Under the pieces are notes generated by a model, which worked only from the letters and a program-made list of their open reading frames with translations, had not been told where the DNA came from and did no database searches. Source: Octopus sinensis (lineage: Eukaryota). From it: a stretch of DNA of 64,000 bases. Position 1 is the stretch's first letter. The number at the start of each line of letters is the position of its first letter. The stretch is taken from positions 1,736,001-1,800,000 of the forward strand of contig NC_043007.1 in assembly GCF_006345805.1 (NCBI RefSeq), given 5' to 3'. Below are positions 27,387 through 40,390 of the stretch, piece by piece. The position numbers and the translations under genes are program-made.

Positions 27387-27719
27387 CTGCTGTCTTGATT
27401 CTATCTGTTTTATGATATAATTAATTAAACATACGCGCAGACGTGGCTGTGTGGTATGTAGCTTGCTTACGAACCACATGGTTCCGGGTTCTGTCTTACG
27501 GGAAAAAAAAATTCTGTAACTCTGAGGTCCATACCAACATCATTGGGCGTATCTGTTACAAGCTATGACCCTAACAAACATCATACAGTTCTTAGAAGTG
27601 TAGTATATTTTGAGCTACATTGGTAGCAACATGGACTTTTTCCATCTTCCTGCTCTATTAAAGAATTTAAGTAAAATTATATTAATGTGTCCAACTAATT
27701 AAAAACGATATATTTATTT

Positions 27720-27807
27720 ATGTAGCTGAGGACAGCCCTTCATTTAAATTGGTGTAATGATTGCATTGTTCAATTAAATGGTTCCGCTTAAAACGGTCGT
27801 ACTTTAT
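27720..27807 (+). ncRNA. Degenerate type I hammerhead with long stem II
   Basis: AUGUAG-CUGAGGA-CAGC..[CAUUUAA/UUAAAUG hairpin]..GCUU-AAAA-CGGUCG-UA^CUUUAU; G12 position reads A. Confidence 0.55.
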
Positions 27808-27833
27808 CACCTCTTGATATCCTGTTGCTTATT

Positions 27834-27903
<70 letters not shown>

Positions 27904-28215
27904 TAAAAGAAAGGCGTATGCGCGCGTGTGACTGAGTGTACGTTCGAATGTGTGTTTCACTGTTCAACTCACTCGTGGACATGGAAAACATGTGCGACTA
28001 TGTTTTTCACTGTTCAGCTGCAAATAAATAAAATAAAGAAATGAACTTTTTTTTTTATTAGGGAAATTGCTGAACAAATAGTTTCAGTTTGGTGATGTGA
28101 AGGAATGCGTATATTAAGTTGGTCCTGCATGGCATAAACATTCCCAAATGTAATTCAACGTCTACAGAACCTCATATCATACAGGACAGAATCAAGTTTT
28201 CACAAATATTCTGTA

Positions 28216-28612
28216 CTAGCAGTATCACCCGGCGTTGCACGGGTTTGTTTCGACCCTTTAGAATTGGAATTTTTGAAAAGTAAAACTTTTGCACTATGTA
28301 GCTTGTTATTCTCTTTAAGTGAACATTTTTCTGGTTGAAATACACCGACAAATGGCAACATAGCAGTCAAAAATTCGTAAAAAAATAGGGATTTTCATAG
28401 AACCCCCCTACACCTTTTTGATGTAAATAATTTTTGGTGTTAACAGAGTCTGATTTGAATTTTATCTTCTCCGGAAGGAAGAGCAACCCTTCTTCTATCA
28501 TACTCTCAGTCTTGGTCAACTTGCGCCGCAGGGTCTCAGAGGAGATAGTGTTAGTTGAAGGCTACCAAACCTGCCACACACAGACAACTTCAGCTTTATA
28601 TATATAGAGAGA
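28216..28612 (-). mobile_element. Non-autonomous Helitron
   Basis: Minus strand: TC-ta-rich start, cccgtgcaacgccggg hairpin, gatactgCTAG|t end shared with 16731-17098. Confidence 0.85.
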
Positions 28613-29400
28613 TTTGTCTCTCCCTTTCTATCTATCTCCCTCCGTCTCTCTCCCTCTCCCCCTCTCTCTCGAGTCGAATTAAAATCCCCGCACGGCCTAT
28701 CTTTGGTGCTAGACTTATTAAAATACGTTGAGTGAAAATAAACATCGCAGGTACTTTGTGCCCCGGGCAGAAGTCACTCTGACGTTTTCCAAACTCTTCC
28801 GAATACACAGCTACGTCGGGGACATCACGACGGATTCGGAGGAGCTTTGAAAACATTGATGACAATCTCCAAGCATCTGTCTGCAACCACTGAGCTCTTT
28901 GATGTTTTTGAGAGAACCAGTTGGTCGCTTAACCCTGCTTGAATTAATAGGCTAATTCTCCCTCAGGCCACAGTCTGTCATCTTAAGAACGAAGTACACA
29001 CGTTGGATAATCTAGGCTGACACACATATACACCTCACTCGCACACACTCAAGCACATGCCGATTTCCACACACACACACACACACGCGCGCGTGCGCGG
29101 CGTGTGCGTCCTTTGAACCTGAAAGTTGTTTGAAGTTTGTTGTGTTAGAAAAACTGTTACACGCCTTCAAATGACCGAAAACGATATAGATACATTTTAT
29201 GGCAATTTACGCGTATAATATACATACATACACACACACACATGTATATATGTATGTATATATAGATATATAGATATATAGATATATATAGGATACATAT
29301 ATCTATATATATATATGCACACAAATACACGCACATATATTTACATTTGTATATGCGTGTGTGTATATGAGCATCTATCTATTTATCTATCTGTATATAT

Positions 29401-29444
<44 letters not shown>

Positions 29445-29620
29445 GTTTATATATTTGTTGTGCAAGATTTTTTATGTGAAGTCGTGTGTTGAAACAGATA
29501 TTGTTATATTTCGGAATGGTTATTTTGCCAGTTTAGCCAATAAAAACACACGCACTATATATTTGGTGTTACTTTGCTTTAATTTTAATTTATTTTTTAC
29601 ATTAATCTTAATCTTATTTC

Positions 29621-29664
29621 GGCCAGAGTTCTTTCGTCACACTCCTGTGACCGCATCAGTGGCC
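29621..29664 (-). ncRNA. Type I hammerhead fold with variant core
   Basis: GGCCA-CUGAUGC-G-GUCACA(GGAG)UGUGAC-GAAA-G(AA)C-UC^UGGCC; stems I and II perfect. Confidence 0.7.
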
Positions 29665-29797
29665 CTTTGTTTTCTTCTTTCTTATTTGTGTCTCTCCTTA
29701 CTAACCGTCAGCCATTTTGTAAAGAGACCGATAAAATAAGTACAAAATGGCTGATGGGTAGTAAGAAGAGACACAAATAAGAAAGAAGAAAACAAAG

Positions 29798-29841
29798 GAC
29801 CACTGTTGTGGTCACAGGAGTGTGACGAAAGAACTCTGGCC
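29798..29841 (+). ncRNA. Second hammerhead copy with mutated core
   Basis: GACCA-CUGUUGU-G-GUCACA(GGAG)UGUGAC-GAAA-GAAC-UC^UGGCC. Confidence 0.55.
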
Positions 29842-30150
29842 GAAATAAGATTAAGATTAATGTAAAAAATAAATAACACTGAAGCAAAGTAACACCAAAT
29901 ATATAGTGCGTGTGTTTTTATTGGCTAAACTGACCATTCCGAAATATAACAATATATATATATATATGCACATATATATATATGCACATATATACACGCC
30001 TTGATAGATCGTTACCTCCTACACACATTTTTTTCTCTCCTTGTTTTTTTCTGTGTATCTTTCTGTCGAAGATATACTAATACATTTGTTTGTTTGTACT
30101 CCACCTGTCTTCGTCTTTTGTTTATTTTCGTAAACCTTCCCGTTATATAT

Positions 30151-30288
30151 AAGGTCCCAAAAGTTCGTAGAAAGTCTTGGAAAATAATGGTCTTTATTTT
30201 GAGGAATAATTTTTGTTGTTTTTGTTAGTACTTGGCGAGTAAAAATTCAATTTTCGCAAGTGTTTACGAACTTTTGGGACAACCTAAT
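30151..30288. mobile_element. Tc1/mariner-type MITE
   Basis: gtcccaaaagttcgta / tacgaacttttgggac TIRs in TA context. Confidence 0.8.
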
Positions 30289-30579
30289 ATATATATATAT
30301 GTATGTATGTATGTATGTATTTGTGTGTCTGTATTGACCATTGCTTGACAACCGATGTCGATGTGTTTACGTCCCCGTAACTTACCGGTTTGGTAAAAAA
30401 AAAACGATAACATAAGTACTAAGCTTACAAGGATGTTCGACTAAAGGCGGTGCTCCAACATGGCCACAGTCAAATGACTGAAACAAATAAAAGAATAAAA
30501 TAATGCATAACAACCTGAAATGGAAGATGGATTCCATTCGGGAATCCTGGGATGAGCAGGAGTGTGGAATATAAGAATT

Positions 30580-31165
30580 CCTATAGCCCCCACCCCTAAA
30601 CTACTGTTACCCACCATAACCCACCCCAATCACCCACACCCCTGCCTGGACCGCCCTGATTGTTACTGCCACCATCACTACTACAGATTCCCCATCGTCT
30701 GGATGATGGCCACTGCAACAGCATCAGCATCTGTCAGTGACGCCACCACTGCGGCCATCACCGCCTCCGCCATGGCAACTGCTGACAACCACCAGCACCA
30801 CCGTTTCCATCGCCACCAATATCACTCTTACCCCAACCCCTAAACATCCCAATCATCATCACTCCCCTACGCCTCATCGCCCCACTTCTCCTTATCACCA
30901 TCCATATTATCACCATCTCCATTGCCACCCCATCGCTCCACCCTCGTCAACACCCTCCATCCCTCTATACTAAACTACCCTTCCTCCACCGTCTCCACCT
31001 CCGTCGCTATCAGCACCCTTATTCTCCTTCGCCACCAACACCATCATTCCTCAACAGCACCACCACCACCACCATCATCACCACAACTTCAGTCATTCTT
31101 TTCACACCTGCTGCCGCCAACACCACCTCCATGGCATCAACCTCCACCATCACCATCACAGGCCA
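30580..31165. repeat. Degenerate (CCA/CAT)-rich low-complexity tract
   Basis: Strong C/A skew with ccaccatc motifs. Confidence 0.75.
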
Positions 31166-31391
31166 CATTGATTTATGATTGACTCTGGCATTTCTGGCAA
31201 AGCTCTAAATAATCCTGAAAGGTCTCCTTCCACAGCAAGACATTCTCCCCCAAAAACAGCTTCAATGTTGCTAAACATTTCAAAATGCCATCAGTTTTAA
31301 TTGACTTTTGCTGAGAAGTCTCTCTTCCCTTCACTGTCTGCTGCCTGCCTGCCTGTCTGTATCTCTCTTTCTCTCTCTTTCTCTCTCTCTG

Positions 31392-31434
<43 letters not shown>

Positions 31435-31529
31435 CTCTCTCTCTCTCTCTCACCAAATTCCCTCTCTGACTCTTAGTTATGTAGATATTTGTGTTTATAT
31501 ATTGTTTACCTTTTACCCATGTGAGGCAT

Positions 31530-31741
31530 TTCTCTGTGGCCATGCTGGAGCAGTGCCTTGAAGGTTTTTAGTCCCCAAAAATCTACCCAAAGACTTTTTC
31601 CTTTTGTTTTCTTTTTAAGTCCACTATGTATTCTGTCAGTGCCTTTTGCTGAACTTCTAAGTCATGGAGACGTTAGCTCACCAACAGCAGCTGTCAAGTG
31701 ATTGTAAGCAACAAACACAGGCACAAAGACAAACACACACG

Positions 31742-31824
<83 letters not shown>

Positions 31825-31990
31825 ATATATATGATGGGCTTCTTTCAGTTTCCGTCTACCAAATCCACTCACAAGCCTTTGGTCAGCCCAAGGCTATAGC
31901 AGAAGCCACTTGCCCAAGGTGCCATGCAGTGGGATTGAACTCGGAACCATATGGTTGGTAAGCAATCTACTTACCACACAACCACTCCTC
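31530..31990 (-). mobile_element. SINE family A, CpG-decayed
   Basis: Reverse complement head and tail. Confidence 0.85.
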
Positions 31991-32957
31991 TATAGTTATC
32001 TACATAAACTGTGAATAAATTGGATGCATGCGAGAGAGTGACCAAACCTGAGAGCAGGTTTATATATATATATGTGTGTGTATATGCAAAATACATGCAT
32101 TCATACACATACGTATATAGGTTGAAAGACATTCATATACACATGCATATTATGTATATTCGCATACACAATTACACACACATATAGAGAGTGAGATGGA
32201 TGTTTTATATTCAAATATAATGCGTATATTGAAATAAGTAGACAAATTTAGCAAATGGACGTGCTGTGATCATTGGTCAATACAGTGTTGTTATGTGTGT
32301 GTGTGTACATGCATATGTACGTATATTTGCATGCTACTGCAAGACACTAAGAGATCATGTTTCTGTTATTAACTACTTTCCATAGACTGAGTGCCACAGG
32401 AATTATAACGGCAACGCTCGCTCTAAATACGTGAAAGCAGATCTCCTTTGCAGCCGATAGTTTTAGAATTTTAGGAATTGAAGAATTTTGTACATTGACC
32501 GATTTCGAAGTCTTCTAATGACTTGTAATATATTTCTTGGTCGGAGTTCCAGATAGATGGAACCAATTGGCGCAGGGTACTTTGTATGTCTTTAACAATA
32601 ATAGCATTCATGGGTGTGTGGTAAGGAGTTTGCTTCCTAACCAAAAGGTTTGTGGTTCAATCCCATTGCGTTGCACCTTGGACAAGTACCTTCAACTATA
32701 GCCCTTAGCAAATAAAAGCCTTGTAAGTGAACTTGGTAGATAGTAACTAAAGGAAGATCAATTAGATGTAGGTGTGCAATTGCATGTTAATGTATGTATA
32801 TATGTACACATGTATGTATTTATGCACTTGTGTTTGTGTTTGGATGCATATGCATTTTGGTGGTTGTGTGCACAAAACAGAAAACACCCCTTTGATGTCT
32901 TCATTTTTTAGCAATTTACTCAGGAGCTTCCATACATTGTGTAACAACCTTACTTAA

Positions 32958-33179
32958 CCCTTTTGTTACCATATTTCTTTTGAGATGCTCTGTGTTTCTT
33001 TCAATTAATTTTAAAATATAACAAAGAATTTATTAAAATAACTTAGTTATCATTAAGCTAGTGTTAGGAACATAAATTGTGACTAAGGTTTGGTGGAAGA
33101 TTTTAATTCAGAACTTATGAAAACAGGACATTTGTACTCAGAGCCAGAGGTGGTTTCAGCCAGGTTGTTAATGAAAGGG
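32958..33179. mobile_element. piggyBac-type MITE
   Basis: TTAA|cccttt ... aaaggg|TTAA. Confidence 0.85.
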
Positions 33180-34394
33180 TTAAATAGAAATTTGCACCCA
33201 TTGGTGACATTTGTAATGAAATTAGTGAGATTAAGTTATATAATTAAAGTCAGAGAGTGCTCAACTGCAGGCCCTGCTCTAATAATTACACCCAGCCCTT
33301 CTTCACCAGAATCTAGGTTTTCCAAAATTCTTTCCCTGTTCATATCTTTGCTGCAAGTGTTGCTTCAAAAAGTTTCAAGAAGAATAGTAACAACATTGAA
33401 TTCACCAGTGAAGGAGAATCTCTGAGGGCCCTGAGCTCTACCCTTTTTTCTAGACCCAGCAAGTTGAAAATAAAATAATATCAATGTTCTTTACTTCTGG
33501 TTGGCATGTATATGTATGTCCACTGTTTTGCTGGATGAGCATTTAAATCGTGTCGTTTTTATTTCCAGCATGGATCAAGCCAAAGGCATCACTTTGATGA
33601 GGTGCCATAAAAGTTACGCAAGTCTTATCTCAGTTTAAAATCTGTCAGGGTTTTATTCTGACAATGCTATTGATCCATTGATTTATAGCAAAGGGAGAGA
33701 GTCGGCAGAGTTTTCTCAACTTTGATGTAAGCAAATTTGAGTGGAAACTGTCTGCCAACATCTGTTCAGCCAAAAAGCAAAGGGAAAAAAAAATAGGGAA
33801 AGAGAAAGTAGAATGTTAAAGACAGGGGCTTCACTGTTGATATAAAACTGTAATTAATGTATGAGCCAGATCTGCATGCAAATACACACGCACGCGCGCG
33901 CGCACACACTTTGGGGAAGATTTATCATAGATTTGGTTCCTGTGTCGCAACCAAAGAGGAAGAAAATAATTAGTTTGGTGTCAGAAATATCATGAAGCTT
34001 TAATTAAAACATCGTCAGTTAATATACACCTAGGCTTCTGGAAACATCAACATTCGCATTTATTTATTTACTTATTTCTGTGTATGTTTGTTTGTGTGTG
34101 TGTGTGTGTGTGTGCATAGACAGACAGAGCTGCGTATATTCACAGTTCTGGGAACAAATGTCTTAAAATAAAAACTAGGGTATTCAAATAAAGAAAGGAA
34201 GAAAATAATGAGAGGAATGTCTAAGACAATCACACCATTCCAATAGAATGGATATTTCTTTAATGCAAGTAGCAGTTATCCTTTAGCCAGCAGAATGTTA
34301 TAAAAATAATGATTATTCCTTAGAATATAATGGTTATTTATGCACACCATTTTGAATTACATATGCATTATCTTGTAGTTTTCAGATGCCTAGG

Positions 34395-35422
34395 CAATGT
34401 TTTCAAGAAGTTTTCTTCATTCTTGACACAACCAAGTAGATTTTGTGTGACTGAAACCCAAGTGTCTTTTTGCTCAGCTGAAAGCAATTTTTGGCACAAA
34501 CATGGCAGACACGAGTCTCAAACCCAAATCTTCAGTGATAATGGACTGAACTGAACCATAACTAATCTACACATTTTCTGATAACTCACGGATGGTGATT
34601 CAACGATTTCCCCTCATGGCTGCATTCACATACTCTCTTTTCTCTCTTTTACTTGTTTCAGTCATTTGACTGCGGCCATGCTGGGGCACCGCCTTTAGCT
34701 GAGCAAATCGACCCCAGGACTTATTCTTTGTAAGCCTAGTACTTATTCTATCAGTCTCTTTTGCCGAACTGCTAAGTGACAGCGACGTAAACACACCAGC
34801 ATCGGTTATCAAGCAATGCTAGGGGGACAAACACAAACACACACACACACACATTTATATATATATACATATATACGACGGGCTTCTTTCAGTTTCCATC
34901 TACCAAATCCACTCACAAGGCTTTGGTCGGCCCGAGGCTGTAGTAGAAGACACTTGCCCAAGATGCCACGCAGTGGGACTGAACCCGGAACCATGTGGTT
35001 GGTAAGTAAGCTACTTACCATACAGCCACTCCTCTGCAATATTTTTCTCAGTTCTACTGGTTGTGGGTCTCCCAGAAAGTTCGTCAATATCAACATTTTT
35101 TAAGCCATCTTGAAAACATCTGAACCACTCGTACACTTGTGTGCGGCTCATACACTCCTCTCCATACACTTTCTGCAACTTTGCATAGGCCTCTGAGCAG
35201 GTGTCACCATAACAACTTTCCCTTTTTTGGTCAATGTTACAATCACATGCTACACACCTTCCTTTGAAGCACTGCTGTAAACAGTGGGAATGAGCTAGAA
35301 TGTTAAAACTTAGAGTGCAGGAACAGCAGAGTTCAAGGTCAATCTTTGCCAACTGGCTTCACTCTGCGTGCTTTAACTTTGTTACTATGGCAACAGTCCT
35401 GATACATATTGATCAGACCGTG
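34395..35422 (-). pseudogene. Mariner transposase N-terminal remnant with 5' TIR, split by a SINE
   Basis: KLQKVYGEECMSRTQVYEWF..F..G...D...SGRP (HTH) resumes beyond the SINE as ITIRELSE..ISYGSVQSIITEDLGLRLVSAMFVPK; TA|cacggtctgatcaa terminus; stops and a frameshift. Confidence 0.9.
34631..35033 (-). mobile_element. SINE family A nested in the mariner remnant
   Basis: Full-length copy interrupting the transposase frame. Confidence 0.92.
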
Positions 35423-35544
35423 TATGTCTGTCTGTCCATTTATCCACCCCACCATGCATCTACTTATCTATCTTCCTTTCTTCCTTTCTTTCTTGTCTTT
35501 CTTTCTTCCTGTCTTTCTTTCCTTTCTTTCTTTCTTTCTTTCAT

Positions 35545-36158
35545 CCTGCACGGAAGCCAGTCAGCTGCTCTGGCAACAATCACGCTCAGATGGTGCTTGT
35601 AGAACTCCACTGGCACGGATGCCAGTCATCAAATTTGATTTCGATTTCACTTGCCCCAACAGGTCTTCACAAGCAGAGTTTAGTGTCCAATGAAGGAAAG
35701 GTACGCATAAGCAGGCTGATTACACACCCCTGGCATAGGCCACGAGGTTATGGTCTCACTTGGCTTGCCGGGTCTTCTCAAGCACAGCATATTTCCAAAG
35801 CTCTCGGTCACTAGTCATTGCCTCGGTGAGGCCTAATGTTTGAAGGTCATGTTTCACCACCTCATCCCAGGCCTTCTTGGGTCTACCTCTTCCACAGATT
35901 CCGTCAGCCGCTAGGGTGTGGCACTTTTTCACACAGCTAACCTCATCCATTCTCGCCACATGACCATACCAGTGCAGTTGTCTCTTTTGCACACCACATC
36001 TGATGCTTCTTAGGTCCAACTTTTCTCTCAAGGTACTTACACTCTGTTGAGTATGCACACTGACATTACACATCCATTGGATCATACTGGCTTCATTCCT
36101 TGCAAGCTTATGCATGTCCTCAGCAGTCACAACCTATGTTTCACTGCCACGTAGCATG
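35545..36158 (-). mobile_element. RTE-clade LINE, ORF C-terminus plus 3' UTR part
   Basis: RQLHWYGHVARMDE...GRGRPKKAWDEVVKHDL...DRELW is the typical RTE C-terminal signature. Confidence 0.9.
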
Positions 36159-36916
36159 GGGTCGATGAAATAAATACCAGTTGAGCACTGGGGTTCATGC
36201 AATTGACTGTAACACCGCAAAAAAAAAAAAAAAATTCAGGCCTTCTGCCTTTAACAGAGAAGATTATTATTATTGATATTAGTAATAGCAGTAGTAGCAG
36301 CTAAGGCATAAAGCATGAAATTTAGAGGAGGGTGAGTTGTGGGTAAGTAGATGGTACTTGATTTTATTGACCTTTGAGGGATGAAAAGTAAATGTAACTG
36401 CAGCAGGATTTGAAACCCAAACATAACGAACTACAAGAAATAGCCAAAGGCATTTTGTCCCACATACCCTGTTGTTATGCCAGCCTCGTTCTCACCCCCC
36501 CCCTTTTTTTTGGCTTTTGTTCTGCAATGAATCATGTTTTCAGTGGAATTCTGAAGATTTAAAGCTGTAATTTCAATTTGAATGAACTGAAAATATTTGG
36601 AATTTTATCTTTGATTTACGATTTTCGTTTTGTGTTTATTTTATATTTTTTTTGGTTTCCTTTTTTGTTCTGTTTTTAAGTATCATCAAATTTCTCATTA
36701 TTATCTTCCATACTACTACTGCTACTACTACTACTACTACTACTACCACCATCTCTACTTATGTTACTACTCATAATAGGATTTCTATTTTTTTCTTCTT
36801 TTCTCCCAATGTCATTGTATCCATAACGAATTTCCAGAAATTTGATGCATTACACTTGTCCAGTCTCTTTGACTCAGAAGAAAGAAAATAGCTTTCCATA
36901 AATCAGGCAACGCCAC

Positions 36917-37037
36917 ATGTTCATCCCTCGCAGACATTCACAAGTGACCAGCAATAACTTTTACACACTTAGAAAGATTGTCCCATCGTCACAACTGCAC
37001 ATTCATGTACTCCAGGAAACACACATTCTCAAGGACG
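36917..37037 (+). CDS. Candidate first coding exon of an unidentified gene
   Basis: gccacATG, 40 open codons MFIPRRHSQVTSNNFYTLRKIVPSSQLHIHVLQETHILKD, then G|gtaatt; possible upstream acceptor tttccag at 36837; no homology recognised. Confidence 0.25.
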
Positions 37038-37914
37038 GTAATTTGAGTGCATTGCGTATGTGCCTGTGTGGGAATCAATATTTTTAATATTTATTCTAGC
37101 ATAAATCTTCACAATTATATTTACTTGCGAATATGTTAACAAAAAGGGGAAAAAAATACACAAATTTTTTTTTTAAAAAATGGCCATCTTCATTTTGTTA
37201 ATATTTGATACCTTAAAATGAAAATTATTAAAAATTCATTCAGTTTGAATTTTTACCTTTTTTTTTCTAATAAAAAAAGGGACATAGCTTGAGGCTGCAT
37301 ATCAACTTCTCAGCTGAGATTCTAACATCTAAATTCATTGTTAGAATTTCTATAGAAACCTTTAAATTAAAACCTAAATTATTTGTGGAAAGGCATGGAG
37401 AAGTATGCATTTCAGAAGCCTCTTTATTCATTTCTACTTCCAGCTCCTGAACAAATCATAAACCCAGGGCCTTAAGCACAGGAACGAAATTCCTCTAGGC
37501 AGGTGCAAGACTTAGGCCTGACCCAGGACGCTCAAAGTGTTTGCATCCCCCCTACCAAATTTTAGAGGGTTTGCTTGCACCCCTGCTCCCAAGCTTATGA
37601 GCATGGCCATGGTTAGGGTTAGGGTTAGGCCATGGTATATGTGCCTTCATCATTTTTACCTTGGGCCTCTAAAAGTAGTAGGAGGATGGGGGAGAAAGGA
37701 AGGTCTCCAGACGCATACCTGGATGCTTGTAACAGTGGATACCAATAAAGACCCCGATGTACTATGTGGTAGTATTAAACTGAGTAATGGATTAAGTCCA
37801 TCTATTATCCAGATAGGTCTTAGCTGGATTTGAACTCTGTGCACAGAGGACCAGAAAGAATACCTCACAACATTCTCTCTGATGCTCTGACATCCTTGCC
37901 ACCTTGCCTCTCTC

Positions 37915-37983
<69 letters not shown>

Positions 37984-38483
37984 ATGTTTGTTTCTGTCTT
38001 TGTCCTCCCGACACTGCTTGACAATCGATGCTGGTGTGTTTACGACATCCCTGTAACTTAGCGGTTCAGCAAAAGAAACCAATCGAATAATGTTTAGGCT
38101 TACAAAGAATAAGTCCTGGGGTCAATCTGTTCGACTAAAGGCAGTGCTCCAGCATGGTCACAGTCAAATGACTGAAACAAATATAAGAATAAAAGAATGT
38201 GCCGTTGTTGTTCTTGGAGCGGGTTCAATGAGTATTTGAGCGAGTGAATTACAATTTCGGTGGCACTCATGTCTTGACTCTGTATTACTCCTTAGAATGA
38301 AGTGTTGCCTGAAAACAATACTCTGGGGCCAAGGCTCGTTTCTTGGTGGCCTGTTCGACCTCTGTTTGGTCGTACAATGTCACTGTGGACGATGGATCTC
38401 ACCTGGCGTTTTCTGGGAGGCAGACGACGGGAAGTGATACTCGTTGTGAGCTTCCACCAAACACATCCACACATACAAATACA

Positions 38484-38843
38484 TACTCTTTTACTCTTTT
38501 ACATGTTTTAGTCATTTGACTGCGGCCATACTGGAGCACCGCCTTTAGTCGAGCAACTCAACCCCGGGACTTATTCTTTTGTAAGCCCAGTACTTATTCT
38601 ATCGGGCTCTTTTGCCGAACCGCTAAGTAACGGAGACATAAACACACAAACACACACACGCATATATATATATACATATATACGACGGGCTTCTTTCAGT
38701 TTCCATCTACCAAATCCACTCACAAGGCTTTGGTTGGCCCGAGGCTATAGCAGAAGACACTTGCCAAAGGTACCACACAGTGGGACTGAACCCGGAACCA
38801 TGTGGTTGGTAAGCAAGCTACTTACCACACAGCCACTCCTGCG
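38484..38843 (-). mobile_element. SINE family A; inverted relative to a 3' half at 38000-38197
   Basis: Direct similarity to other copies. Confidence 0.88.
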
Positions 38844-39884
38844 CACAAGCGCACACTCACACATATATATAAGTGTGCACCCATACAGATTCGTGCATGC
38901 ATGCAGATACATGCACATGCATACATTGGCCATTATAGATGCAGATGCAATTGCACTAGCATTCGCCACACACAGGTGAATAGTCTCTTTCATACCTACA
39001 CAAGCAGTCACGGACTTTCTCTCTGTCTTTCTCCCTTTCTTTTTTCACTCTCTCTCTCTCTCTCTCTTTTAAACACATGTACTTTCTCTGTCACATATAC
39101 GCAGTCAGCTGTACATGTATAATTCACACGCACACATTCTCTTTTATACACATTTGCATGCATTCATACAGACAAACACACACACACACACACGCATGCA
39201 CACACACACACACATATATGCACACTCACACACACACACACTCCCTCCCTCCCTTTCTTTCTCTCTTTCTGTTGTTTGTGCCTCTCCCCCTTTCTCTCTC
39301 CTTCTCCATCAAAGACAATGCACAGAGCACCCAACCATTTATAATGATTCCATTCTGACATTGGTGTCACTTCCCCACCACGACGACGACCACCACCACC
39401 ACCATGACCACCACTGCCACATTGGTGCTCCACGGACTCTCCTCACTTATCTCTCTTTAAATACTTCAATGAGATTTCCAAATGGCATATTTATATTCTT
39501 ATTTGCCATGCCATTTCTCTCTTCAAGAAATTCCCTTTTGCAAACATTTCCTCTGAGAATTCACCGAATTAATTTTAGCTGAATAATTCACTCCTTCCTC
39601 CTCTCTCCTTCCTCTTCACTCCTTCCTCTTCACTCATAACCATTCAAAATGAAGTCACTCGAAACTTAGAAACTTTAAGAGTAACTACTTAACGACAGTA
39701 ACAAATGAGGACGCCTTCATTGTGGTTACCTGACCTGCTAGACATAGCAGTCAAGTCTAGTTCCTCGAGTCACATTTCCTATTGTATTCAATAATCTTCA
39801 AATACATTATGGATACATTATGGCTGCTAAATGTGGGGTGGTGAGGAAAGGGCACCGTTGGAATGTCTTCAGCGACAGATCTGC

Positions 39885-40125
39885 TAGGTGGCTAAAGTGT
39901 TGGATTCATGATCATAAGATTGTGGTTTCAATTCCTGTGCTAGGTGATGCATCATGTCCTTGAGCAAGACACTTCATTTCATGTTGGTCCAGTCCACTCG
40001 GCTGGCAAAAATGCATAATCCTGTGACGGATTGGCATCCTGTCCAGGGAGGGAGTTTATATGCCATGGAAACAGGGAAACCGGCCCTTATGAACCTACAT
40101 GACTTGAGAAGCTAACTTTACCTTT
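39885..40125 (+). mobile_element. SINE with V-domain-like segment, degraded
   Basis: ggtttcaattcc B box; cctgtgacggattggcatcctgtccaggg. Confidence 0.65.
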
Positions 40126-40146
40126 TATATTACAGATCTGCAAGAT

Positions 40147-40390
40147 CAGTGGTTTTATAAGGCCCTTGTGGGTCCACATAGGATTTGGTTCTTAAAATTC
40201 ATGTGTTAAAAACCTTGATATATTTCTACAATGCACAAAATATTTAAACATTTTTAAAGCAATTCCTCATAATATTTGATCATCAGGATACAGTACAAGT
40301 TTTAAGATATTGAATGGCTGTGAGGAGCCCCTTCTCTGGGAGAATAAGAATTAAAGGGTTCCATAGGCAACAAGTGGTTGAGGGCCACTG
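40147..40390. mobile_element. hAT-type MITE, degraded
   Basis: cagtggtt / ggccactg ends; flanks tgcaagat / tgatagat. Confidence 0.6.

Larger units (their letters stand above)
29498..29955. repeat. Long near-perfect palindrome (arms 29498-29721 and 29741-29955, 19-nt spacer)
   Basis: Arms are reverse complements with few substitutions and small indels. Confidence 0.95.

Noticed and set aside
29995-30150. Small T-rich insert beside the palindrome, suspected PLE-related
   Set aside because: No hammerhead core or terminal structure is visible in this copy.
30562-31182. Pro/His-rich ORFs
   Set aside because: Degenerate CCA repeat with frame breaks and no convincing exon boundaries.
37611-37630. 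(TTAGGG)3 telomere-like run
   Set aside because: Too short, and such runs are common inside repeats.
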